A stretch of DNA of 64,000 nucleotides from contig CAWCDG010000002.1 in assembly GCA_963794325.1 (NCBI GenBank), positions 64,001 to 128,000 of the forward strand, in the 5' to 3' direction. The notes under the pieces were generated by a model. It had not been told where the DNA came from and did no database searches. It was given only the letters and a program-made list of their open reading frames with translations. How positions within the stretch are numbered: position 1 is the stretch's first letter; each line of letters opens with the position of its first letter. Of the stretch, positions 51,187 through 60,555 are shown piece by piece. The stretch is from an uncultured delta proteobacterium. Its GTDB lineage: Bacteria > Desulfobacterota > Binatia > Binatales > Binataceae. The position numbers and the translations under genes are program-made.

Positions 51187-52647
51187 TTAGACCACGGGTG
51201 GCCGCGGCTTGAATGCGCCGGTGCGCTCGAAAGCGTCGCCGGCGCGGAGGATTGTTTCCTCGGCGAAGGGCGGCGCGATCAGTTGCATCCCGATTGGGAG
51301 GTTGTTCGCGTCGTGCCCGCACGGCATCGCCATCCCGGGCAAGCCGGCCAGGTTTACCGAGATGGTGAAGATGTCGGAAAGGTACATCGTGAGCGGATCG
51401 TTCATCTTCTCGCCGATTTTGAATGCGGTGGTCGGCGCGACCGGCGTCACGATCAGATCGCATTTCTCGAATGCGCGCTCGAAGTCCTTGCGGATGAGAG
51501 TGCGGACTTTTTGGGCCTTCAGGTAGTAGGCGTCATAGTAGCCGGCTGACAGCGCGAAGGTTCCGAGCATGATGCGGCGCTTTACCTCGGTGCCGAACCC
51601 TTTGGCCCGCGTCGATTCGTACAACGCGATATTGTCCTCGGCGTTTACGCGGAGGCCGTAGCGGATGCCGTCGTAGCGGGCGAGATTTGCGCTCGCCTCG
51701 GCGGTCGCGAGCAGGTAGTACGCGGCGATGGCGTAGCCGGTGTGCGGCAGTGAGATTTCGACGGTCGATGCGCCGAGCGATTCGTAGTTCTTGAGCGCGG
51801 AGCGGACCGACTTTTCGACCTCAGGTTGCATTCCCTCGACGAAGTATTCGCGCGGCACTCCGATTCGAAGACCTTTAACGTCTCCAGTCAGCGCATTTTC
51901 GTAGTCGGGGACCGGACGCGCCGAGCAGGTCGAGTCGCGAGTGTCCTTGCCAGCGAGAGTGCGCAGGAGAATCGCGGCGTCGCGCACCGACTTGGTGAAC
52001 GGGCCGACCTGGTCGAGCGACGACGCGAATGCGATAACGCCGAAGCGGCTGACGCGGCTGTAAGTCGGCTTGATTCCGACCACGCCGCAGAAACTGGCGG
52101 GCTCGCGGATCGAGCCGCCGGTGTCGGTGCCGAGCGACCCGAGGCATTCGTGGGCCGCGACCGCAGCCGCCGAGCCTCCCGATGAACCGCCGGAGACGCG
52201 CGCCGTGTCATGAGGATTGGCGGTCGCGCCGAACGCGGAATTTTCGGTCGAGGAGCCCATCGCGAATTCGTCCATGTTGGTCTTGCCGACGAAGATTGCG
52301 CCGTCCGCCCGCAGGCGTTCGATCACAGTCGCGTCGAAGGGCGGGACGAAATTTTCGAGGATTCGCGATGCGCAGGTCGTGCGAACGCCTTTGGTCGCGT
52401 AGATGTCCTTGATGCCGAGCGGAATCCCGCATAGCGCCGGTGCGTTGCCGGCCGCGAGCCGAGTGTCGGCGGCGCGTGCTTGTTCGAGCGCTTCTTTCTC
52501 CGTCACCGTCAGAAATGCATGAAGCTTGGGCTCGGCGGCGGCGATGCGATCGACGCAATCGCGAGTGAGCTGCGTCGCGGATATCTCGCGGGAGCGAAGT
52601 TTCGCCGACGCGTCGGCGATGGTGAGTTTGTTCAGTTCTGATGGCAT
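51187..52647 (-). CDS. gatA: Asp/Glu-tRNA amidotransferase subunit A
   Basis: [30 protein letters not shown]. Confidence 0.98.
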   Translation of the reverse strand: MPSELNKLTIADASAKLRSREISATQLTRDCVDRIAAAEPKLHAFLTVTEKEALEQARAADTRLAAGNAPALCGIPLGIKDIYATKGVRTTCASRILENFVPPFDATVIERLRADGAIFVGKTNMDEFAMGSSTENSAFGATANPHDTARVSGGSSGGSAAAVAAHECLGSLGTDTGGSIREPASFCGVVGIKPTYSRVSRFGVIAFASSLDQVGPFTKSVRDAAILLRTLAGKDTRDSTCSARPVPDYENALTGDVKGLRIGVPREYFVEGMQPEVEKSVRSALKNYESLGASTVEISLPHTGYAIAAYYLLATAEASANLARYDGIRYGLRVNAEDNIALYESTRAKGFGTEVKRRIMLGTFALSAGYYDAYYLKAQKVRTLIRKDFERAFEKCDLIVTPVAPTTAFKIGEKMNDPLTMYLSDIFTISVNLAGLPGMAMPCGHDANNLPIGMQLIAPPFAEETILRAGDAFERTGAFKPRPPVV

Positions 52648-52661
52648 GCTGGAGAAAATTT

Positions 52662-52958
52662 CTATTCGATTATTTTCGGGACTTTGAAGTAGTTGCGATC
52701 ACGCGATGGCGCATTCGCGAGCATCGCCTCGGCGTTCGGACGGTTGGTCACTTCGTCGTCGCGCATCGGAGTGCCGGCCTCTCCGACCTGAGTTGTCGGC
52801 GCGACATTTTTGGTGTCGAGCTCGTTCAATTTGTCCACGTACGCAAGCATCTCGTCCATATCGGCGCGCAGGCGATTTTCGTCCTCGAGAGATAGTTCGA
52901 GACGCGCGAGAAGCGCGACGTGGCGCACCTGTTCGACGGTTATTTTTGATTCAGCCAT
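52662..52958 (-). CDS. gatC: Asp/Glu-tRNA amidotransferase subunit C
   Basis: [12 protein letters not shown]...FKVPKII; upstream of gatA. Confidence 0.95.
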   Translation of the reverse strand: MAESKITVEQVRHVALLARLELSLEDENRLRADMDEMLAYVDKLNELDTKNVAPTTQVGEAGTPMRDDEVTNRPNAEAMLANAPSRDRNYFKVPKIIE

Positions 52959-53011
52959 GGGCCTGCAGCGGGAATCGTAACATTCCGGGCGATCCATGTC
53001 AGGGTGGGGAA

Positions 53012-53487
53012 GGGAAATCACTTATTTAAAGTGAAACCCTTCGCGGGTTTCACGCTTCCGCGGCAGGGGTGACCCCTGCACCCAGTGATGAAGCGCAAAA
53101 TGGCGCGGACGCCATTTTGCTCGGCGGTTCTTTTTCTTGTGTCATTCAGAGCGAAGCGAAGAATCCCGGATCCTTCTTTGAGTGATCCTGATGGGCGGTT
53201 TGCGGCCTCCCAATACCTCGCCCGTTTACGGGAGAAAAGGCCGGCGGGCCGCCGGTAGGTGAGGGTGCTGCGATTCGAGCACAGTCCGTGCGGTCCGGTG
53301 CTGCGTTCAAAAGGAGCGCTGCGCGATTTTCAGAAACCGGAACCGGCTTCGCGCGCGCGAAGCTGTCCGGAGGCCAGAAGCCATTTCCTGCCGTCGCTAA
53401 TGCTCCCGTCGTGATGATGACACAAAAAAGTGAAACGGCGGGAGTCGTGATGATGCAAACAACCTAACCCCTAACCCCTTCCCATAG
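53012..53487 (+). repeat. Long structured non-coding repeat, copy A (476 bp)
   Basis: Matches 57451-57925 apart from one indel seen by eye; chain of hairpins; no ORF. Confidence 0.93.
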
Positions 53488-53564
53488 GTGACTATGTTGG
53501 GAGTGACACTATGGCGTTGGCGCTACGTTGTGGATGACAGGTGGTTTTGATTTTGCTCACGAAA

Positions 53565-54285
53565 TTAGATGATAGTTGTAGGCGCTGTTGTTGATATAGA
53601 CAGGTCTCTAAACTTCGCATCAAATTGGTATGTACAGAGCACTCTCTCTTTGTTGCAGCGTTTTGTAACGAACGAATATATACAGAAGCCACTATTTCTG
53701 TTGAAGGCTGATGGGCATCCATCTACCGGATGGAAACGCACGCCGAGACTCACCGGCTTTGTGGTTCGCCCGTTCGGCGCAATCACCACAACATCTGGCG
53801 GATAGCCGCGTTTCGGCAGGGCTCTGCTCTCCGTAATCTGGCCGAATTGGAAGTTTGTTGTAGAGGCAGAAAGTCGTAGACACTTGGCTAACAGTTGCGG
53901 GCGATAGACATTGTTGATGAACGAAAAGTCGATGATGCACGATTCCGCGTTGGGAATGCAGTTTGGTGGCAAGCTATGAAACTTGAAATACAAAGAGAGA
54001 AACGGCGCACCAGCTTTTCGAGGTGATACACCAGCTTTCGTGGGCTTGATCCTGATTGTACTCGGCTGCCGTTTGGCGTGGCTTTGCAGTCGCTACGACC
54101 GATGGCGCGGCGTGCGTTGGCTGTTCTGTAGCTACGGAATGGTTATATGAGGGCTCGCCTTCACTCTTTTCGGCTATCACTGGTGGTGATTTTGGGGCGG
54201 CTTGGGCGCTTACGTTTTGTCCGACGTTTAGAAGTAATGCCGACGCTATCAGGATCAACGCGAACCAGGTGCTTGAGTGCTTCAT
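53565..54285 (-). CDS. Low-GC hypothetical secreted protein, possibly split (53974-54285 and 53565-53993)
   Basis: Signal-peptide-like MKHSSTWFALILIASALLLNVGQNVSAQA; downstream frame uncertain. Confidence 0.35.
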
Positions 54286-54404
54286 GGAACGTCAGCGGAT
54301 GGAGTAAGATGGGTTTCGCTTTTGGCATAGTACTACTCTTCGCGGGAACGGCAATCGGAATTGTCCGCCTCTATCCACAATCAGGTGACTGGCATTGTCT
54401 GCCT

Positions 54405-54770
54405 GAGGCTTCCGCCAGCGGCTGCTGGCCTCCGGACAGCTTAGCGCAAGCGAAGCCGGTTCCGGTTTCTGAAATGGCGCAGCGGTCATTCTGAACGCTG
54501 GGAACGAATTGCACGGACTCTGCTCGAATCGCAGAACCCTCACCTACCGGCGGCTGAGCCCGCCGGCCTCCTCTCGCGTAAAGCAACGGGCGAGGTAATT
54601 TCCCAGCCCCCATCCTCCCCAGAACCTGAGAGCGAAAGGTTGTCCTCAACATTTCGCGCTTCTCACTTTTCACTTTTTCACTGGGTGCAGGGGTCACCCC
54701 TGCCGAAGGAAGCGTGAAACCCACCGCGGGTTTCACATTTGATAAAGTGATTTCCCCTTCCCACCGTGCC
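54405..54770 (-). repeat. Diverged inverted copy B of the long structured repeat
   Basis: Reverse complement keeps GTGAAACCC/GGGTTTCAC, GCAGGGG/CCCCTGC, CCGGTAGGTGAGGG, CAGAAACCGGAACCGGCTT and GCTGTCCGGAGGCCAG, with changed loops. Confidence 0.88.
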
Positions 54771-54811
54771 ATCTGATGGCGAAGGCGGCGGGGCAGGGCG
54801 ATGACGCAAAT

Positions 54812-54850
54812 CACCTAACCTCTAACCCCTTCCCGAGCGGGAAGGGGAAC
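54812..54850 (+). repeat. CCCTAA-type REP palindrome
   Basis: ACCTAACCTCTAACCCCTTCCC-gagc-GGGAAGGGG. Confidence 0.75.
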
Positions 54851-54911
54851 CGGATTGAGGGAGTGATCCCTTTTCTCACTCCTCGCGGAAAGGGGGGCCG
54901 GATTGAAAGGC

Positions 54912-57020
54912 TTACTTTTGGCGGCTGGCGACGCCGAAGTAGTCACCGCCTTTGGCTTGGGCGTCGTCGGTGCCCCATTCGCGGGTGAGCTCAACTTTTT
55001 GCATTAGTGGGATGTGCTTTGAACAGTGGATGAATGCTTCGTCCACCGTGACCATGACCCAGCGTTCGAGGACTCCGGCCGGGCTGTTCATGATGGCTGG
55101 GTCGTGGAGCACGGTTTCTCCGGCCGGGTGATCTTTCATCTGGCGGAGGAACTCATCGTGCTCAACAATGTGCGCGATGCCGTTGACATGGAGGCCGATT
55201 CGGTCCTTGGTGAAATCGATGAACATGAGGCCGATATGCGGATTCTCGGAAATGTTGCCCATACTCGACATCACGCCGTTGCCGTGAAACTCGGGATAGG
55301 CGATGGTGCGATCATCGAGCACTTTGACAAAGTTGGGGTGGCCGGCGCGGAACGAGGCGTCGGTGTTCCTTTCGCATCAGCGGTTCCGACGAACATCATT
55401 TCCTGGCGGGCGATGAACGAGCGCATCGCGGAATTGAGATGATCGAGCACCTGATGCTTGTAGAAGGCGAGCGCCTGCAGGCTCTTGCCGAACTTGGCCT
55501 GCAACTCATGCTCGCCTTCCGAGCCGGGGAGCGGGCTCTCTTCCGCTCCGTCGGCGGCCTGACCGCCGCAGGCCCATGCGACGACTTCGCGCACCATCGA
55601 TTCGCAGGAACCGCAGGCCGAGCCGGCGCGGGTCGCCTCTCTAACGGCCTCGAAGGTGCGCAGCCCGCTATTGACGCAATCGATGAGCGCGCCCTTGTTG
55701 ACGCTCTGGCAGTTGCAGATTTGCGCATCGAGAGGGATCTGATCGATAGTAACCCGTTTGGGCGGACCTCCGCCGATATCGAAGAGCAGATTGATTCGCT
55801 CTTCGGGCAATGCCGCGTTGCTGTCGAAGGCATGCAGCAGGGCGGCGGCCTTGCTCACGTCGCCGAGCAGGATACCGCCGATCAATTGGTCGTCGCGGAT
55901 GATCAGCTTCTGGTAAGTCCCGCGCCGCGGTTCTGCGAACTGGACAACTTCGTCGCGCTCGATCGACGGGCTCAATCAGTCCCATCGAGGCCAGCTCGAC
56001 GCCCGCCACTTTGAGTCGAGTGGCGATCTTCGGGAGCCGTGGTAAAGCGGCCTTGGAATTGGCTCCGGTGATATGATCGGCGAGCACCTTGGCTTGCTCC
56101 CATATCGGGCGCAACGAGGCCGTAGGTCAGTCCGCGATGCTGGACGCATTCGCCGACTGCGTAAATGCGCGGATCGTCAACGGTGCGCATCTGGTTGTTG
56201 ACCACGATCGCGCGCTCGACGGTGAGGCCAGCATTGAGTGGCGATTTCGGCATTCGGCCTTGATACCGGTGGCGAAGACCACCAGATCGCATTCGAGGGT
56301 CTCGCCATTCTTGAACTGAAGTCCGCTGACGCGCTCGTCGCCGAGGACCGCGAGGGTGTCGGCGCCGAGATGAACGCGGATGCCCATTTTTCTCGACCAT
56401 CGAGCCGCAGGATGGCGCCGGCGGCAGGGTCGAGCTGTTGATTCATCAGATGGGTCGAGCGATGGATGACGTGGACTATCGAGGCCGAGACTGTGCAATC
56501 CCGTGCGCGCATTCGAGCCCGAGAAGACCGCCGCCGATCACCACCGCGCGCTTCTTCCCGGTGGCGTATTCGGCCATGCGGTGGCAATCGTCGAGCGAGC
56601 GAAACCCGAAGATGCCGGGCTTCATGCAGCCGTCGGCTCAACGTCAACCCCGGCAGCGGCGGAATGAAAGAGCGGCTGCCGGTCGCGATGATAAGCTGGT
56701 CGTACGGCTCTTCGCGAGCCGTCGGCGCCGATCACGCGGCGGGCGAAGCGCAAGATACGCGATGGCGCGAACGCCGGCGTGCAGGCGGATGGCATTTTGC
56801 TCGTACCATGCGAGCGGATTGAGAACGATTTCGCTCGGCCTGTCGCGATCCGTCGAGAACCGCGGAGAGCATGATGCGGTTGTAGTTGCCGAAAGGCTCG
56901 GCGCCGAACATCGCGATGTTGAACATGCTCGGCGCCGCCGCGCGCGAGAATCTCCTCGACGGTCCGCGCGCCCGCCATGCCGTTGCCGATGACGACCAGA
57001 TTGCGTTTGCCGCTCATCAT
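54912..57020 (-). pseudogene. Multiply frameshifted NirB/NasB-like FAD/NAD(P)H oxidoreductase + BFD [2Fe-2S] + C-terminal PNPOx-like domain
   Basis: Fragments: LVVIGNGMAG, NYNRIMLS, YAVGECVQH...GLVAP, TRLKVAGVEL, CNC...CGSC, then PEFHGNGVMSSMGNISENPHIGLMF; at least 7 frame changes. Confidence 0.75.
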
Positions 57021-57366
57021 TCGAACTCCACGAAGCCGACGTCGATCATCACTTTGGCGGCGAGCCCTCGGGCGCCGCAATCATCAACTCGACGACGCTG
57101 CCGGGCAGGCAGTCATCGATGATCGCAAGCGGCACGTGAATCCCGCTTTTGGGACCGCACGGGAACAACCGGATCGATTTGCCGTCGCGCTGGAGCGCGA
57201 CGTAAAGAAATTCGGAGGTCGGGTTGCCGATTCGTCAATAGATGAATTGGGCGCGCTTGTCGGGCGGGACGGTATAGACCGCCTTGGGCTCGAGGCTAAC
57301 CGGTACTTCGAGCCCGCGGGCTTCGAACGCGAACATCCCAGTGAAGAATTTATGGGTCTCGTGCAT
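57017..57366 (-). pseudogene. Small nirB-associated protein, not in the ORF track; internal TGA and one frameshift
   Basis: MHETHKFFTGMFAFEARGL...YTVPPDKRAQFIY*RIGN...RDGKSIRLFPCGPKSGIHVPL...AAPEG/AAKVMIDVGFVEFE; AAGGGG RBS; stop overlaps the nirB-like ATG. Confidence 0.6.
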
Positions 57367-57450
57367 CGATGCCCCTTTATTCGAGAATCTGAATCATCAA
57401 CAGCGATTCTCACATACGCCGGACGAACTTCGGTGGCAAGGTGAGAGCAG

Positions 57451-57925
57451 GGGAAATCACTTATTTAAAGTGAAACCCTTCGCGGGTTTCACGCTTCCGC
57501 GGCAGGGGTGACCCCTGCACCCAGTGAGAAGCGCAAAATGGCGCGGACGCCATTTTGCTCGGCGGTTCTTTTTCTTGTGTCATTCAGAGCGAAGCGAAGA
57601 ATCCCGGATCCTTCTTTGAGTGATCCTGATGGGCGGTTTGCGGCCTCCCAATACCTCGCCCGTTTACGGGAGAAAAGGCCGGCGGGCCGCCGGTAGGTGA
57701 GGGTGCTGCGATTCGAGCACAGTCCGTGCGGTCCGGTGCTGCGTTCAAAAGGAGCGCTGCGCGATTTTCAGAAACCGGAACCGGCTTCGCGCGCGCGAAG
57801 CTGTCCGGAGGCCAGAAGCCATTTCCTGCCGTCGCTAATGCTCCCGTCGTGATGATGACACAAAAAAGTGAAACGGCGGGAGTCGTGATGATGCAAACAA
57901 CCTAACCCCTAACCCCTTCCCATAG
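57451..57925 (+). repeat. Long structured non-coding repeat, copy A'
   Basis: Near-identical to 53012-53487; its terminal REP palindrome is complete here (to about 57938). Confidence 0.93.
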
Positions 57926-58059
57926 TGGGAAGGGGAACCGGATTGATGGAGTAACCTCTTCCCGGGGAAGGGGACTGGATTAAGAAGGGCCTAGCCGCTT
58001 AAGGGTTAGCGCTTGCGGCCGCTGCGGTGGCCTTCTAGCCTCGCGATGATGGGGGCGCG

Positions 58060-58470
58060 TTGGATAAGATGAAGGCGCGCGATTTGATTGGGCGCGCGTC
58101 GGCGTGGATCGCGGAGTTGCGGGCGCGGCTTCCGTTGGGGCGGCGGGGGGAGAGAGCCGCGGAAAAGTATTTGCGGCGGTGTGGGTTTCGGATCGTCAAG
58201 CGGAATTTTCGGGCGGCGGGGGCGGAGATCGATATTGTTGCGATGGACGGCGAGACGCTGGTGTTTGTTGAGGTGAAGACGCGGCGGAGTCGTGATGCTG
58301 GGGCGCCGGAGGAAGCCGTCGATGAGCGCAAGCAGAAGCAGATACGGCGCGCGGCGGGGATTTTTGCGACGCGGTATCGCGCGGACGAGGTCACGATGCG
58401 CTTCGATGTAATCGCGGTTGACGCATCGGGCGAGCGGCTGGAGATTGAACTGCTGAGGAACGCATTCTGA
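58060..58470 (+). CDS. yraN: YraN family (UPF0102) putative endonuclease
   Basis: LGRRGERAAEKYL, NFR...EIDIVA...LVFVEVKTR, RFDVIAV. Confidence 0.92.
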   Translation: MDKMKARDLIGRASAWIAELRARLPLGRRGERAAEKYLRRCGFRIVKRNFRAAGAEIDIVAMDGETLVFVEVKTRRSRDAGAPEEAVDERKQKQIRRAAGIFATRYRADEVTMRFDVIAVDASGERLEIELLRNAF

Positions 58471-58703
58471 GACAAAAGCGTGAAGCGGCTGGCGTCGTGA
58501 CGATGCAAACAACCTAACCCCTAACCCCTTCCCGAGCGGGAAGGGGGACCGGATAAAAAGGTGAATGCTGGATATCAAGCTGATTCGTGTTCTTGAAGAA
58601 CAGAGCCCTAACCCCTGGCCCCTTCCCCGGAGGGGAAGGGGATTTGAGGTAACGACACCGTCATGTCCTATCCCCCTCGCCCCCTTTCCCGCGGGAAGGG
58701 GGA
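58471..58703 (+). repeat. REP cluster containing a 28-bp copy of the serS start
   Basis: Partial copy of the repeat-A tail (58471-58550), further CCCCTTCCC/GGGAAGGGG palindromes, TGAATGCTGGATATCAAGCTGATTCGTG at 58562 and 58716. Confidence 0.8.
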
Positions 58704-58718
58704 ACAGAAGGATTCTGA

Positions 58719-60038
58719 ATGCTGGATATCAAGCTGATTCGTGAACGGCCGGATTTCGTGAAGGGCGAGCTCGCTAAGAGAGGGGTCGATCCGGCGGAGG
58801 TTGATCGGCTGCTCGAGGCTGATCAGCGGCGGCGGAAGCTTCAGGGCGATGTTGATCAACTGCGCGCCGATCGGAAGAGGCGGGCGCGGGAAGTCGGCAA
58901 GTTGGCGCCTGAGGATCGTGCGGCCGAGATTGCGAAGATTCGCGCCGAGGAAGCGGATGAAGAGAAGCTCGCCAAGGGTGAGGCGATCGACGCCAGCAAT
59001 CCACTGCTTATCCTGGGGACCCAGCTTAACGAGGCGGAGAAAACGGTCGAGGAGTTGGCGCTGACGCTGCCTAACATTCCGCGGTCCTATGTTGTCGTGG
59101 GTAAGAGCGAGGCTGACAACCGGGTTATTAAGACTGAGGGGACGCCGATTGAGTTCACTTCGTTCAAGCCTCTCCCCCATTGGGAGCTTGGCGAGAAGCT
59201 TGGGATTATTGATTTCGATCGCGGGGTGAAACTGTCGGGGACTCGGTTCTATGTTCTGAGCGGAGCGGGAGCGCGGCTGCAGCGGGCGCTGATTAGCTGG
59301 ATGCTCGACGTCAAGATTCGAGAGCAGGGGTATCTGGAAATAATTCCGCCGCTGATGGTGAGTACTGAGACGGCGACCAGCACGGGGCATCTGCCGAAGA
59401 ACGCGGATACGATGTACCGCGACGCCGAAGACGATTTCTGGTTTATCCCGACGGCGGAGGTTCCGCTCACCAGTTTGCATCGTGAGGAGACGCTCGATGA
59501 AAGCAGTTTGCCGATCTACATGACCGCGTACACGCCCTGTTTCAGGCGCGAGAAGATGTCGGCGGGGCGCGATGTCAGAGGGATCAAGCGGGGGCATCAG
59601 TTTGACAAGGTCGAGATGGTCAAGCTGGTGCGTCCGGAAACGTCAGACGACGAATTTCATAAGATGGTGAATGATGCCGCGGAGATTTGCCGGCGGCTGA
59701 AGATTCCATATCGAGTCGTCGAGCTGTGCACCGCGGATCTGAGTTTCGCCAGCGCGGTTACTTATGATCTCGAAATGTGGGCGCCGGGGTGCGGCGAGTG
59801 GCTCGAAGTCAGCTCGGTTTCGAATTGCACGGACTTCCAGGCGCGTCGCGCGAAGATTCGTTTCAAGACGAAGGGTGGAAAGCCGGAACTGGTGCATACG
59901 CTGAATGGCTCGGGGCTGGCGCTGCCGCGCACGATGATCGCGGTGCTGGAGAATTATCAGAATGAAGATGGGAGTGTCACAATCCCCGAAGTTCTGCGGC
60001 CTTATATGGGCGGGGTGGAACGGATACACAAATCTTAA
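58719..60038 (+). CDS. serS: Serine--tRNA ligase
   Basis: MLDIKLIR, PTAEVPL, TPCFRRE, HQFDKVE, HTLNGSGLA; the motif-2 loop reads RGHQF where RxHQF is usual. Confidence 0.98.
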   Translation: MLDIKLIRERPDFVKGELAKRGVDPAEVDRLLEADQRRRKLQGDVDQLRADRKRRAREVGKLAPEDRAAEIAKIRAEEADEEKLAKGEAIDASNPLLILGTQLNEAEKTVEELALTLPNIPRSYVVVGKSEADNRVIKTEGTPIEFTSFKPLPHWELGEKLGIIDFDRGVKLSGTRFYVLSGAGARLQRALISWMLDVKIREQGYLEIIPPLMVSTETATSTGHLPKNADTMYRDAEDDFWFIPTAEVPLTSLHREETLDESSLPIYMTAYTPCFRREKMSAGRDVRGIKRGHQFDKVEMVKLVRPETSDDEFHKMVNDAAEICRRLKIPYRVVELCTADLSFASAVTYDLEMWAPGCGEWLEVSSVSNCTDFQARRAKIRFKTKGGKPELVHTLNGSGLALPRTMIAVLENYQNEDGSVTIPEVLRPYMGGVERIHKS

Positions 60039-60327
60039 GTGAAACCCTTCGCGGGTTTCACGCTTCCGCGGCAGGGGTGACCCCTGCACCCAGTGTTAAG
60101 AAAATCGCGAAATGTTGAGGACAACCTTTAGCTCTTAGGGTCTGGGTGGAGGGTGCAGAGAATCACCGGCTGAAGCCGGTGCCACTTTGGGCAGTGATTT
60201 TGGTGGCACAGGCTTTAGCCTGTGATTTTCTGGTCCATGCAAATCCGGGAAAGAATCGCTCTGAATGTAGTACTGGGTGCAGGGGTCACCCCTGCCGCGG
60301 AAGCGTGAAACCCGCGAAGGGTTTCAC
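60039..60327. repeat. MITE/REPIN-like element with 56-bp perfect inverted repeats and a nested REP doublet
   Basis: 60039-60094 is the exact reverse complement of 60272-60327; inner pair at 60161-60185 and 60203-60227. Confidence 0.9.
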
Positions 60328-60421
60328 ATTTAATGAAGTGATTTCCCCTTCCTCACCCTGACATCCGACAAAGGCCGGGGTTTCGCCTTAGATTCGCGGG
60401 TTCATCGCGATTTTTGGGCTA

Positions 60422-60454
60422 CGTAACATTCCCGCAACAATTGGTGCGTATGAT
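60422..60454 (+). promoter_or_regulatory. Candidate Pho box plus -10 element of the pst operon
   Basis: CGTAACA-n4-CGCAACA (11-bp period), then TATGAT 9 nt later, upstream of pstC. Confidence 0.55.
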
Positions 60455-60555
60455 TAGTGGCACGGACAGTTCGGCCATTGTGTATCGGCTGGCTTGATGT
60501 GAGTACGGGAAGAAATTTCGCGGGAAGAAATCGCTTGTCCGAATTAGAAGGTTCG

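Noticed and set aside
53012-53487. Riboswitch or T-box controlling gatCAB or serS
   Set aside because: Copies occur in both orientations and after stop codons; no T-box or known aptamer consensus recognised
57235-57237. Second selenocysteine codon in the small nirB-associated gene
   Set aside because: Not in a redox motif, no clear SECIS, and the surrounding 2 kb is full of lesions
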